From: an uncultured Anaerolineae bacterium
GTDB taxonomy: Bacteria; Chloroflexota; Anaerolineae; VGOG01
Length of the DNA stretch: 64,000 nt
Direction: 5' to 3'
Assembly (NCBI GenBank): GCA_964390805.1
Contig: CAYMKL010000003.1
Coordinates: 35,043 to 99,042, forward strand
The stretch's first letter is position 1, and each line of letters starts with the position of its first letter. The translations under genes were made by a program, and so were the position numbers. Shown here in pieces: positions 19,247-32,493 of this stretch. The notes below the pieces were generated by a model. It was given only the letters and a program-made list of their open reading frames with translations, had not been told where the DNA came from and searched no databases.

Positions 19247-20251
19247 ATGCAATATCTGCTAAGACGACTCTTCCTGATCATTCCTGTGCTCTTCGGCGTG
19301 TCGGTCATTGTCTTTACCATCATGCACGTAATCCCCGGCGATCCGGTCCAGCTTATGTTCGCTGGTACTGGCGCCAGTGCGGAGCAGAGGGAGGCGATGC
19401 GGCATTCACTAGGGCTCGATCTTCCCTTGCCGGTGCAATATGTGAACTATGTGTCCAGAGTAATTCGAGGCGATTTAGGCCAGTCCATTCACTTCAGACA
19501 GCCGGTCCTGGAATTGATTCTGGAGCGAATGCCGGCCACCATCGAGCTGACGCTGTTCGGTCTCATCATCGCTCTGGCGGTCGCCTTCCCCATTGGGTCC
19601 CTCTCAGCGCTGAAACGTTATACACTCATTGATTACATCGTTATGACTGGAGCTACCCTGGGCATCTCCCTGCCGACTTTCTGGATCGGCATTATGTTGA
19701 TCATGCTCGTGGCCGTCAACCTGGGATGGCTCCCTAGCTTTGGTAGAATAGACTATGTAGTACACCCTCAAAAAATAACCGGTTTCCTTCTCCTTGATTC
19801 TCTTTTTACCTGGAATATCCCTGCCCTTAAGAATGCCCTGGCTCATCTCGCATTGCCCGCTCTCGCCTTAGGAACGGCCACAGCCACGTTTTCCACGCGC
19901 TTTATCCGGTCCAGCATGCTAGAAGTCATTGGTCAGGACTACGTGGTCGTTGCCCGCGCCAAGGGGTTACGCGAGTGGGTATTATTCATACGCCACGTGC
20001 TGCGCAATGCTCTCATTCCCGTGGTAACTCTCATTGGCTTGCAGATGGGGGGGCTGCTGAGTGGAGCTGTCGTTACAGAAACGATCTTTGCCTGGCCTGG
20101 CATTGGGCGGCTCGTCATTCAGGCTATCTACAACCGTGATTTTGTTCTGGTGCAAGGAGTCGTGCTTTTCTTCGCTTTGATCCGCGTCACCATCAACCTC
20201 GTGACAGACGTTCTCTACGTGTGGATAGACCCTCGAATCGGCCATATCTAA
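19247..20251 (+). CDS. ABC permease (DppB family)
   Basis: MQYLLRRL, PGDPV, RMPATIEL, ARAKGL, TETIFAWPGIG. Confidence 0.95.
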   Translation: MQYLLRRLFLIIPVLFGVSVIVFTIMHVIPGDPVQLMFAGTGASAEQREAMRHSLGLDLPLPVQYVNYVSRVIRGDLGQSIHFRQPVLELILERMPATIELTLFGLIIALAVAFPIGSLSALKRYTLIDYIVMTGATLGISLPTFWIGIMLIMLVAVNLGWLPSFGRIDYVVHPQKITGFLLLDSLFTWNIPALKNALAHLALPALALGTATATFSTRFIRSSMLEVIGQDYVVVARAKGLREWVLFIRHVLRNALIPVVTLIGLQMGGLLSGAVVTETIFAWPGIGRLVIQAIYNRDFVLVQGVVLFFALIRVTINLVTDVLYVWIDPRIGHI

Positions 20252-20265
20252 AGGAGCGATGAACA

Positions 20266-21189
20266 GTGACTGAATCGCTTACAACACCATCGCCACAAGA
20301 CCGAGAACTGCTCGCACCTCGGCAAAGCGAGCTAAAGAGAATAGTGCGTGCTTTTCTACTGAGTAAGATCGCTACGTTTGGCGCTCTAGTCTTTGTCCTC
20401 TTTTTGCTCATAACCATTCTAGCGCCGGTTCTCGCTCCCCGCGATCCTGCCCAGCAGGATTTGAAGCGCAGGTTGGCGCCACCCGTTGGCTTCGGGATGG
20501 AAGGGGCAAGCTGGGAATACCCTCTGGGGAACGACAATCTGGGGCGCGACATTCTCAGCCGTCTTTTGGTTGGCTCGCGCGTCTCATTTGTGGTGGGAGT
20601 GACCACAATTCTTTTGTCTGCTTCAGTGGGCAGCCTGATTGGCGCCGTGTCTGGATTCTATCGAGGCCCCCTGGATACCATCGTGATGCGCTTCGTGGAT
20701 ATTTGGATGGCTTTCCCTGGCCTGCTGCTGGCTATCGCCTTTGGAGCCGCCCTGGGGCCGGGGTTGGTCAATCTCATCCTCGCTTTGTCTTTGACCAATT
20801 GGGTGGTTTACTGCCGCGTTGTTAGAGCAGAGGTCCTTTCCATCCGCGAGAGGGACTATGTGATGGCAGCGCGGGTCGTGGGCACCAGTGATCTACGAAT
20901 TATCCTGCGCCATGTGCTGCCCAACATTCTGGCCCCCATTCTGGTGATCTCCACCCTCCGAATGGGCACGGTGATCATCTCCGAGGCATCCCTTAATTTC
21001 CTGGGAATTGGCGTTCAGAGCTCAATGCCGACGTGGGGAGGCATGTTGTCCGACGGGAGAGAGTTCATGCGAAACGCCTGGTGGCTGGCTACCTTCCCTG
21101 GCATTGCCATCAGCATCGTGGTGTTGGGTGTCAATCTGTTGGGTGATGGATTGCGGGATGCCCTGGATCCCCGCCTTCGGCGCCGGTAG
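20266..21189 (+). CDS. ABC permease (DppC family)
   Basis: LGNDNLGRDILSR, DYVMAAR, EASLNFLGIG, GDGLRDALDP. Confidence 0.95.
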   Translation: MTESLTTPSPQDRELLAPRQSELKRIVRAFLLSKIATFGALVFVLFLLITILAPVLAPRDPAQQDLKRRLAPPVGFGMEGASWEYPLGNDNLGRDILSRLLVGSRVSFVVGVTTILLSASVGSLIGAVSGFYRGPLDTIVMRFVDIWMAFPGLLLAIAFGAALGPGLVNLILALSLTNWVVYCRVVRAEVLSIRERDYVMAARVVGTSDLRIILRHVLPNILAPILVISTLRMGTVIISEASLNFLGIGVQSSMPTWGGMLSDGREFMRNAWWLATFPGIAISIVVLGVNLLGDGLRDALDPRLRRR

Positions 21190-21257
21190 CCCCTAGAGAT
21201 CTATCCTGGCCGAAACACATCGTTCGGTGAAGGTGAGGAGGCGGGCAGAGAAAAATC

Positions 21258-22337
21258 GTGCGTGTCAAGATCAACCTTGAAAAGATAACCGAAAATGCCA
21301 GGACTATCACTAACCTGTGTGCCGCTCATGGCATTACGGTGATAGGCGTGACCAAGGGCTGTTGTGGGATGCCGGAGGTAGCTAGAGCTATCCTTGCTAG
21401 CGGCATTCGAGGGCTGGCCGATTCCCGGCTCGGCAACCTCAGGCGGATGAAAGAGGCTGGCATCGAAGCGGAAATGTTGCTTCTGCGCTCACCAGCTCTC
21501 AGCGAGGCGGCCGAGGTGATCAAGCTGGCTGAGATCAGTCTCAACTCTGAGTCAGAGGTGATGGCCTCTTTGGCGCAGGAAGCCCGCGCTCTGGGCAAGC
21601 TTCACCGAGTCATTCTCATGGTGGATGTGGGGGATCGCCGCGAGGGCTTCTTGCCAAAGGACGTGGAGGGAGTAGCGCGGGAAACGGAGAGTCTGGAGGG
21701 CATTCGACTGGTAGGGCTTGGTAGCAACTTCGGCTGCCTGAGCAGGAATTCCCCCTCCCTAAAGGACACTCAACTGCTGGTGCAACTTGCTGTCCGGGTC
21801 GAGGAGGCTATCGGGAGAGAATTGGCAGTCATCTCCGGGGGAAGCTCGATTCACCTTCGGATGGTCGAGCAGGGCAGATTGCCAACCAGGATCAACCAAC
21901 TAAGGATCGGCGAGGGGATACTCTTGGGCTCTGACCCTGCAGATGGGCGGCCCTTTTCTTACACAAGTCAAAATGCCTTCACCCTTACAGCCGAGGTGAT
22001 TGAGGTCAAGTGGAAACCCACACTGCCCAAGGGGAAGGGCGGCCATAGCGTTCTCGGAAGGCATTCTGTCCGTGAGGGTCACGCTCTTCGATGCCAGGCC
22101 ATTCTAGCCGTGGGAACTCAAGATGTCAGGATCGAAGGGCTAAGCCCCAGAACTCCAGGGATGAACGTCATTGGGGGCAGCAGCGATCACCTGGTGCTCG
22201 ATGTAACGGCCAGGCCCGTCAAGGTTGGTGACAAACTGGAATTTGCCTTGAAGTATCCGGCCTTGATGACTGCTATGGCCTCGCCCTATGTGAGAAAAGA
22301 GATTCTACCAAGGAGAAATGATAATGACACTACGTAG
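21258..22337 (+). CDS. Alanine/ornithine racemase family PLP enzyme (Orr-like)
   Basis: GVTK (PLP Lys), ADSR, SLNSE, MVDVGDRREG, GSNFGC, SGGSS, LRIGE, GGSSDH. Confidence 0.85.
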   Translation: MRVKINLEKITENARTITNLCAAHGITVIGVTKGCCGMPEVARAILASGIRGLADSRLGNLRRMKEAGIEAEMLLLRSPALSEAAEVIKLAEISLNSESEVMASLAQEARALGKLHRVILMVDVGDRREGFLPKDVEGVARETESLEGIRLVGLGSNFGCLSRNSPSLKDTQLLVQLAVRVEEAIGRELAVISGGSSIHLRMVEQGRLPTRINQLRIGEGILLGSDPADGRPFSYTSQNAFTLTAEVIEVKWKPTLPKGKGGHSVLGRHSVREGHALRCQAILAVGTQDVRIEGLSPRTPGMNVIGGSSDHLVLDVTARPVKVGDKLEFALKYPALMTAMASPYVRKEILPRRNDNDTT

Positions 22338-24078
22338 CGTATTGATCCAGAAGAAAGAGGAGATCGTGGCCGAAAACGGCATGGTCGTCGCTGAAAGCGT
22401 CGAAGCTGCCGAAGCAGGCAGGGAGGTATTTGAAAAGGGCGGCAACGCCATAGATGCAGCCGTAGCGACTTCCTTCGCCGCGACTACCTGCGAGCCAGCC
22501 ATGAGCAGTCTGGGGGGAGGGGGAGCGGTGCTGGTTTACCTGGCCGATGAAGACCGGGTGGTCGCCATCGAGTTCGAGGGGCGCCTCCCCAAAGCAGCCA
22601 CAGAGGATATGTTCGTGCCCGATTTGCTGCCTCCCGGGGTAAATCAACCCTATTTTGGCTGGCGTGGCACCAGAGACAACGTCGGGTGGATGGGGTATCG
22701 TGCCTTGGGGGTCCCAGGCCAGGTAGCGGGGCTATGCCAAATCCTGGAGCAGTTTGGCAAGATGAGCCTGGAAGAAGTCACCGCCCCCGCGCTAAGGATC
22801 TGCGAAGAGGGTTACGAGATCAACAGCTATTACGCCTTGATGATTGGCAATGACATGAAGCTCCTGCAGCAATATCCACCTATTGACGAGTTGCTGCTGC
22901 CTGGTGGCTATCCACCTCGCCCGGCGAGCGGCTATGACAAGCCCACAGTGATCGTGCAGGAAGAGCTGGCAGAGACCCTACGGAAGATCGCGCAGGGCGG
23001 CGCCGATGCTTTCTATCGGGGGGACATCGCCCAGGCTATCATGGCCGATACCCAACCTCACGGCTCGATCGTGACCTTGCAGGACTATGCAGACTATCAA
23101 CCTAGAACCTACGACGACGGCCTCGTCGGGAGCTATCGCGGCTACAAGTTGGTCTGCATGCCAGAGGTATTTGGCGGTATCCAGGTACTTCAGACGCTGA
23201 ATCTCCTCGAAGGCTTTGACCTGACCGCCCTGGGACACAACAGTCCCCAATTGTTGCACCTCATTGCCGAGTGTTTCCGCAGGGCGTGGGTGGATCGCTT
23301 CCGCTACATGGGAGACCCAGAATTCGAAGATGTGCCTATCGAAGGGCTGACTTCGAAGGGATACGCCGACGAGATGCGCAAGCATCTCAATCTGGAGAGC
23401 GTACCTGATGAGATCAGGCCGGGAAACCCGTGGAAGTATCAAGGAGATGGCCAGGTGCCGGAAGCAGCCAGGCCTCCGGGTCCCAGAGGAGGGGGGAAGA
23501 ACACAACCCACCTTTGCACCATGGACAGAGATGGCAACATGGTCAGCATGGTCCAGACTTTGGGAGGCGGCTTCGGGGCCCGTGTCCTGTCTGGCAGCAC
23601 GGGCATCATCTTGCGCAACTACACCAACCTGTTCAATCCTGAGCCTGGCACCAGCAACTCTATTGGTCCCTGGAAGAGGCCATCGAGCCACGACTCACTG
23701 ACCCTGGTCTTCAAGGACGGTCAACCTCTGATCACCATCGGCGCGCCTGGCGGGAGGCGAGTGATCACCTCGGTGGTTCAGGTGCTGGTGAAGGTGCTAG
23801 ACTTTGGGATGGGCATCCAGGAGGCCGTTGCTGCGCCAAGGATTCACATCGAGGGGAGCGATCCCAAGGTGCCAGAGGGGAAGCTGGTCAGAGAGCTATT
23901 CATTGACTCGCGGATGCCTGTGGAGGTCGTGAAGGAGCTTGAGAGGCGAGGCCATCAGGTTGTGCTGCTACCCGACGGCAACTTCGCTTTGCCTGTGGCT
24001 ATCATGAGGGATCTGCAAACAGGTAAACTGCATGGAGGAGTGACGGTCCCGACCCCAGCCACAGCGATTGGATATTGA
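22318..24078 (+). CDS. ggt: Gamma-glutamyltransferase family protein
   Basis: GGNAIDAAVA, VPG.VAG, FYRG, DR.RY.GDP, N|TTH nucleophile Thr, GAPGG, APRIH. Confidence 0.9.
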   Translation: MIMTLRSVLIQKKEEIVAENGMVVAESVEAAEAGREVFEKGGNAIDAAVATSFAATTCEPAMSSLGGGGAVLVYLADEDRVVAIEFEGRLPKAATEDMFVPDLLPPGVNQPYFGWRGTRDNVGWMGYRALGVPGQVAGLCQILEQFGKMSLEEVTAPALRICEEGYEINSYYALMIGNDMKLLQQYPPIDELLLPGGYPPRPASGYDKPTVIVQEELAETLRKIAQGGADAFYRGDIAQAIMADTQPHGSIVTLQDYADYQPRTYDDGLVGSYRGYKLVCMPEVFGGIQVLQTLNLLEGFDLTALGHNSPQLLHLIAECFRRAWVDRFRYMGDPEFEDVPIEGLTSKGYADEMRKHLNLESVPDEIRPGNPWKYQGDGQVPEAARPPGPRGGGKNTTHLCTMDRDGNMVSMVQTLGGGFGARVLSGSTGIILRNYTNLFNPEPGTSNSIGPWKRPSSHDSLTLVFKDGQPLITIGAPGGRRVITSVVQVLVKVLDFGMGIQEAVAAPRIHIEGSDPKVPEGKLVRELFIDSRMPVEVVKELERRGHQVVLLPDGNFALPVAIMRDLQTGKLHGGVTVPTPATAIGY

Positions 24079-24115
24079 TCACCGGCCGACAATCAGCCAG
24101 AGAATGAGGTTTGAA

Positions 24116-25291
24116 ATGAAGGCACACAAAATCACCGTTTGCGGCGGAGGAAACGGGGCGCAAACCCTGGTGCCCATCGCCGCTCGTAATCTGGGCTGCC
24201 CGGTGGACATTTACGCGCCCTTCGCCGACGAGGCCGAGCGGCTGCGCGCGGGCATGGCCGCCCACGGCGGCCTGGAGGTCACCGGCGCGGTGCAGGGCAA
24301 GGCCCGGCCTCGTCGGGTCAGCGCTGACCCTGCCGAGGTGGTCCCCGGCTCAAACGTGGTCGTGCTGGTGCTGCCCGCCTTTGCCCACGAGAGCACCCTG
24401 CGCCAGATCGTCCCCTTCCTGGACGAGGGCGCGTGGGTGGGAGCCATGCCTGCACGAGGCGGCTTCGACTATTGCGCTGCACAAATCCTGGCCCAACACG
24501 ACCGGCAAGACGTGGGGCTCTTTGGCCTGCAAACGCTGCCCTGGGCCTGCCGCATCCACCAGTACGCCCAGGTCGTCCACGTCCTGGGCGGCAAGGACAT
24601 CGTGGACGCGGGCAGTCGGCCGGCGGCGCAGATCGAGCAGATCGCACCGCTGCTAGAGCGAATGTTGGGCATGTCCATTGGCGCGGCGGCCAACATGCTC
24701 GCTCTGACCCTGGCCAACACAGGGCAGCTCATCCACCCAGGGATCATGTATGGTCTCTTTGCCGATTGGGATGGCAGGCCCTTCCGTGCTGACGAAGCGC
24801 CGCTGTTCTATCACAGCCTCAGCGAGGAAGGGGCGCGAACGCTGGCCGGCTTGAGCGACGACGTGCAAGCCATCCGCGCCCGACTGGAGCCTGTCCTGGA
24901 CCTTTCCGCCGTGCGCCCGCTGAAGGCGTGGCTGCTGCGCTCTTATGGCGATGCGGTCGCCGATCCAACCAGCTTGCACAGCGCCTTTGTCACCAACCGG
25001 GCCTACGCTGGCCTCAAGGCCCCTGTGCGCCAGGTTTCGCCGGGGCAGTTCGTCCCCGACTTTGGCGCCCGCTACCTGGCCGAGGACGTGCCCTTTGGCT
25101 TGGCCGTCAGCCGAGCCATCGCCAGCCTGGCCGGCGTGGAGACGCCCACCATGGATAAGGTGACCGCCTGGGCTGGCGCACAGTTGGGCAAAGACTATCT
25201 TGATCGGGATGCCAGCGAGGCTCGCATCCCACAGAAATATGGGTTGGGGAGTTTGGAGCAGTTGATTGACTTTACGGCTGAAATGTGGTAG
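24116..25291 (+). CDS. NAD/NADP octopine/nopaline (opine) dehydrogenase family protein
   Basis: VCGGGNGA Rossmann motif, LPAFAH, TLPWACR, LIHPGIMYG, RYLAEDVPFGL, TP.MD. Confidence 0.9.
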   Translation: MKAHKITVCGGGNGAQTLVPIAARNLGCPVDIYAPFADEAERLRAGMAAHGGLEVTGAVQGKARPRRVSADPAEVVPGSNVVVLVLPAFAHESTLRQIVPFLDEGAWVGAMPARGGFDYCAAQILAQHDRQDVGLFGLQTLPWACRIHQYAQVVHVLGGKDIVDAGSRPAAQIEQIAPLLERMLGMSIGAAANMLALTLANTGQLIHPGIMYGLFADWDGRPFRADEAPLFYHSLSEEGARTLAGLSDDVQAIRARLEPVLDLSAVRPLKAWLLRSYGDAVADPTSLHSAFVTNRAYAGLKAPVRQVSPGQFVPDFGARYLAEDVPFGLAVSRAIASLAGVETPTMDKVTAWAGAQLGKDYLDRDASEARIPQKYGLGSLEQLIDFTAEMW

Positions 25292-25371
25292 AGTAAGGCG
25301 TCAAACGTAAAAGTGTAGGAAACGTCAGCTACGCAAGGTGACGAACAAAACGCATTTACAGGAGGAAGTAC

Positions 25372-29139
<3,768 letters not shown>

Positions 29140-29205
29140 ACGGCTGGAATCTACACCATCCCATTCACCTGTGACGGGCGCAGCTCAAGGTTGCTGCGCC
29201 TAGAC

Positions 29206-29247
29206 AAAGAGGGGCTGAAGCCAAGCGTGGTTTCAGCCCCTCTTTTT
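29206..29247 (+). terminator. Intrinsic terminator between convergent operons
   Basis: AAAGAGGGGCTGAAGCCA-AGCG-TGGTTTCAGCCCCTCTTT followed by TT. Confidence 0.8.
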
Positions 29248-29269
29248 GACTGCTCAGCTACCCTGTGCC

Positions 29270-29380
29270 GCGATTGAAATCGCCTCTCCAGGGCTTTCAG
29301 CCAGGCGTCCACCTGCGTGGACGTCGCTGTCCACGTAGGTGGACAGTCAGCTTTAGCTCTCCAGGCGCGGTTTCAACCGC
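29270..29380. repeat. REPIN-like composite palindrome
   Basis: Outer GCGATTGAAATCGC / GCGGTTTCAACCGC; inner GTCCACCTGCGTGGAC / GTCCACGTAGGTGGAC. Confidence 0.65.
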
Positions 29381-29519
29381 CAGCCTGAGTAGTAACCCCT
29401 CTTTTACGATTGGGCAGGGAGAGATCGCTTCCGTAGCCATCTCTTGGTAGTGTAGCCCAGGAGGGAGGTCAGCCTCTTGGGTTTGGAGAGTATTGTTGTG
29501 AAGATTTCATAACCAAGTG

Positions 29520-30923
29520 CTAGTGAGGCAAATGAAGCGCCTCACCACCGACCTCCAGTGCCGCCTCGCGGACGGCCTCACTCAGGGTGGGATGGCCGTG
29601 AACGGTCGTTACTAGCTCATCCAGGGTGGCCTCCAGTGCTAAGGCTAGCCCGCCCTCGTGGATCAGGTCGCTGGCGTGAGGCGCGACAACGTGCAGGCCC
29701 AGCACCTCACCGAAGCGAGCCTCGCTGACGACCTTGACGAAGCCATCGGTTTCGCCGTAGGTCAGCGCCTTGCCGCTGGCGTTCAACGGGAAGCGCCCCA
29801 CCCGCACGACGTAGCCCGCCTCGCGTGCCTGCGCCTCGGTCAACCCCACGCTGGCAACCTCTGGATCGCTGTAGACGCACCAGGGGACGGTCTTGAGATC
29901 CAACGTGGCCCTGTGTCCCAGGGCGTTCTCCACCGCCACTTCACCGCCCCGCATGGCGACGTGGGCCAGCAGCGGACCTCCTGTCACATCCCCAACGGCA
30001 GCGATACCCGGGACGTTTGTCTGCATCTGCGCGTCCACCGAAATGCCGGCCTTGTCAAAACGCACGCCGACTGCCTTCAGGCTCAGATCCTCGACGTTGG
30101 GCCGCCGCCCGACAGCGACCAGTACCCGATCGGCTTCTACGCCCACCTCGCCGTCAGGGGTAACGATCGTGGCCCGCAGGCCGCCCTCCACGGCGTCCAC
30201 GCGGGTCACGCGGCTGTTCAGATAACACTGCACCCCGCGCTGACCCAGCGTCCAGGCCAGCGCCGGCCCCAGGTCGGCGTCCATCTGCGGCAGCAGCCGG
30301 TCCAACATTTCGACGACGGTGACTTTCACGCCAAAGGAGTTGAATATGTCAGCGAATTCAACGCCGACCCCGCCGCCGCCGATGACCAGCAGCCGCTTGG
30401 GCAGCGCCTCCAGCGCCAGCGCGCCGGTGGAGTCAACCACGCCGGGCAAGTCCATGCCTGGCAGCGGCAGCCGCACCGGCCGCGAACCGGTGGCAATGAC
30501 GACGTGCTTCGCCTCCACTCGCTGCACGCCGTCAGTGGTCGTCACCTCCAACGTCCGCGGGGCAGCAAAGCGCCCTCTGCCCCGCAGCACCTGTACGCCA
30601 GCCTTGTGCAAAAGGACCTCAACTCCGTGCACCAGTTGCTGGACGATGGTCTCCTTGCGCGCCTGTATCGCCGGCCAGTCCGGCGTCACGTTCCCTTCCA
30701 GGCAAAGGCCGAATGTCTCGGCCTGGCGGAAGGTGCGGTAGACCTCGGCGCTGCGCAGCAATGCCTTGGTGGGAATGCAGCCCACGTTGAGGCAGACGCC
30801 GCCGACGGCCTTCTCTTCAATGAGCGCCACCTGTACGCCAAACTGGGCCGCCCGCAGCGCGGCCACGTAGCCGCCCGGCCCGCCGCCCAGGATGGCGATG
30901 TCGGTCTGAATCATAGTGCTCAC
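29520..30923 (-). CDS. lpdA: Dihydrolipoyl dehydrogenase (E3)
   Basis: GGGPGGY, GGVCLNVGCIPTK, LAHVA, HPTLSE. Confidence 0.95.
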   Translation of the reverse strand: MSTMIQTDIAILGGGPGGYVAALRAAQFGVQVALIEEKAVGGVCLNVGCIPTKALLRSAEVYRTFRQAETFGLCLEGNVTPDWPAIQARKETIVQQLVHGVEVLLHKAGVQVLRGRGRFAAPRTLEVTTTDGVQRVEAKHVVIATGSRPVRLPLPGMDLPGVVDSTGALALEALPKRLLVIGGGGVGVEFADIFNSFGVKVTVVEMLDRLLPQMDADLGPALAWTLGQRGVQCYLNSRVTRVDAVEGGLRATIVTPDGEVGVEADRVLVAVGRRPNVEDLSLKAVGVRFDKAGISVDAQMQTNVPGIAAVGDVTGGPLLAHVAMRGGEVAVENALGHRATLDLKTVPWCVYSDPEVASVGLTEAQAREAGYVVRVGRFPLNASGKALTYGETDGFVKVVSEARFGEVLGLHVVAPHASDLIHEGGLALALEATLDELVTTVHGHPTLSEAVREAALEVGGEALHLPH

Positions 30924-31051
30924 CTATCCCAATAGGTAATGCTCACCCTCCCGCAGGTTCAGTCGGTAGTGTCGGACAGAACACTGATTCCAGGCAAATG
31001 CTCGAATACCCAGACCCACAAAAGCAACCTGCGGGAGGGTAGGCTGAACAG

Positions 31052-32422
31052 CTATCCCAACAGTAGATAAGGGTTCTCGACTAGCTGCTTGATCCGTTGT
31101 AGGAAACGGGCCGCTGGCGCACCGTCCACCACTCGGTGGTCGAAGGCCAGGCTCAGCGTCCACATCTGTCGCACCACGATTTCGCCGTCTCGGACGACCG
31201 GCTTGGATTGGATGCGTCCCACGCCCAGGATGGCCACTTCCGGCAGGTTGATGATCGGCGTGAAGGCGTCCACTTCGTGCATGCCCAGGTTGGTAATGGT
31301 GAACGTCCCGCCGGTCAGGTCGTCGGGCAGCGATTTGCCGGCCCGCGCCCGTTCCACCAGCACGCGCAGCTCGGTGCCGAAGGCGCGCAGGCCCTTCTGG
31401 TCCGCGTTCCGAATCACCGGCACCAGCAATCCCCGCTCGGTATCCACCGCCATGCCCAGGTTGACCGCCGACAACCGCTCGATGGCCTGCCCGTCGTCGC
31501 TGAGGCGGGCGTTCATGTAGGGAAAGTCGCGCAGCGCACGGGCGACGATGAGGCCCAGCAGGTCGTTGTAGCCCGGCGCAAAGCCCCACTCGTCGGCCAC
31601 GTCTGCCTTGAGCCGCTCCCGCGCTTCGACGAAAGCGGTGGCATCGGCCTCGCTGACCAGGGTGACGCGGGCGGCGGTGTGCGCGCTCGCCGCCATGCGC
31701 TCGGCAATGATGCGCCGCAGTCCGGTGAGGGGCACACTCTCGACAGCCAGTTCCTCAGCCGGCAGGACAGGTTGGGCCGCTGTCGTCACGTCTGCTTTCA
31801 TGATCCGACCGCTGACACCGGTACCGCTGACGGTGGCCATGTCCACGCCCAGCGTCGCCGCCGTTTTGACCGCCGTGGGCGTCGCCTTGGGCCCTTCGAC
31901 AGCCCTTCGACGGAGCTCAGGACGAGGCTCAGGACGTGGCCGCTGCTCCAAATAGGCCAGCACGTCCCGCTCTACAATGCGTCCGTCGGGGCCGGTGCCG
32001 GTCACCTGGGCCAGGTCCACCCCCTTCTCCCGCATCAGCCTTCGCGCCCGGGGCGAAGCAAAGATGCGGGTTTCAGGTTTCGAGGTTTCAGGTTCCACGG
32101 TTGCAGGCTGTGCAGCTTCATCAACCTGAAACTCGGAACCCGAAATCCGAAACTGTGGCTCATAGGCCACGATGTCCTCGTCGGCCTTGCGGGTGATCAG
32201 CGCCACCACGGTGAGCACCGACACAGTCTCTCCCACCGGCACCAGGATCTTGCGCAAAAAGCCCCTCGCCGACGCCTCCACCTCCAGCGTGGCCTTGTCC
32301 GTCTCCACCATGAACAGCACCTCGCCGCGTTGGATCGGGTCCCCCTCCTGCTTCAGCCACTCCACGATAGTGCCCTCTTCCATTGTCTGCCCCAACTTGG
32401 GCAGGATCACTTCCGTCACCAT
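31052..32422 (-). CDS. Dihydrolipoamide acyltransferase (E2) with one lipoyl domain and two E3-binding domains
   Basis: VETDKA lipoyl Lys, ASPRAR..GTGPDGRI, ATPTA..GTGVSGRI, TFTITNLG, FDHRVVDGA. Confidence 0.95.
   Translation of the reverse strand: MVTEVILPKLGQTMEEGTIVEWLKQEGDPIQRGEVLFMVETDKATLEVEASARGFLRKILVPVGETVSVLTVVALITRKADEDIVAYEPQFRISGSEFQVDEAAQPATVEPETSKPETRIFASPRARRLMREKGVDLAQVTGTGPDGRIVERDVLAYLEQRPRPEPRPELRRRAVEGPKATPTAVKTAATLGVDMATVSGTGVSGRIMKADVTTAAQPVLPAEELAVESVPLTGLRRIIAERMAASAHTAARVTLVSEADATAFVEARERLKADVADEWGFAPGYNDLLGLIVARALRDFPYMNARLSDDGQAIERLSAVNLGMAVDTERGLLVPVIRNADQKGLRAFGTELRVLVERARAGKSLPDDLTGGTFTITNLGMHEVDAFTPIINLPEVAILGVGRIQSKPVVRDGEIVVRQMWTLSLAFDHRVVDGAPAARFLQRIKQLVENPYLLLG
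31892..31939 (+). repeat. Two nested 24-bp mini-elements (48 bp) in frame in E2
   Basis: CCCTTCGACAG[CCCTTCGACGGAGCTCAGGACGAG]GCTCAGGACGTGG; adds PRPEPRPELRRRAVEG. Confidence 0.85.
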
Positions 32423-32493
32423 TGGCCTCTCTCCCTCAATATCCAATCTCTAATCTCCAATATCCGACCTCCAACTTCCAACCTCCAGCCTCT

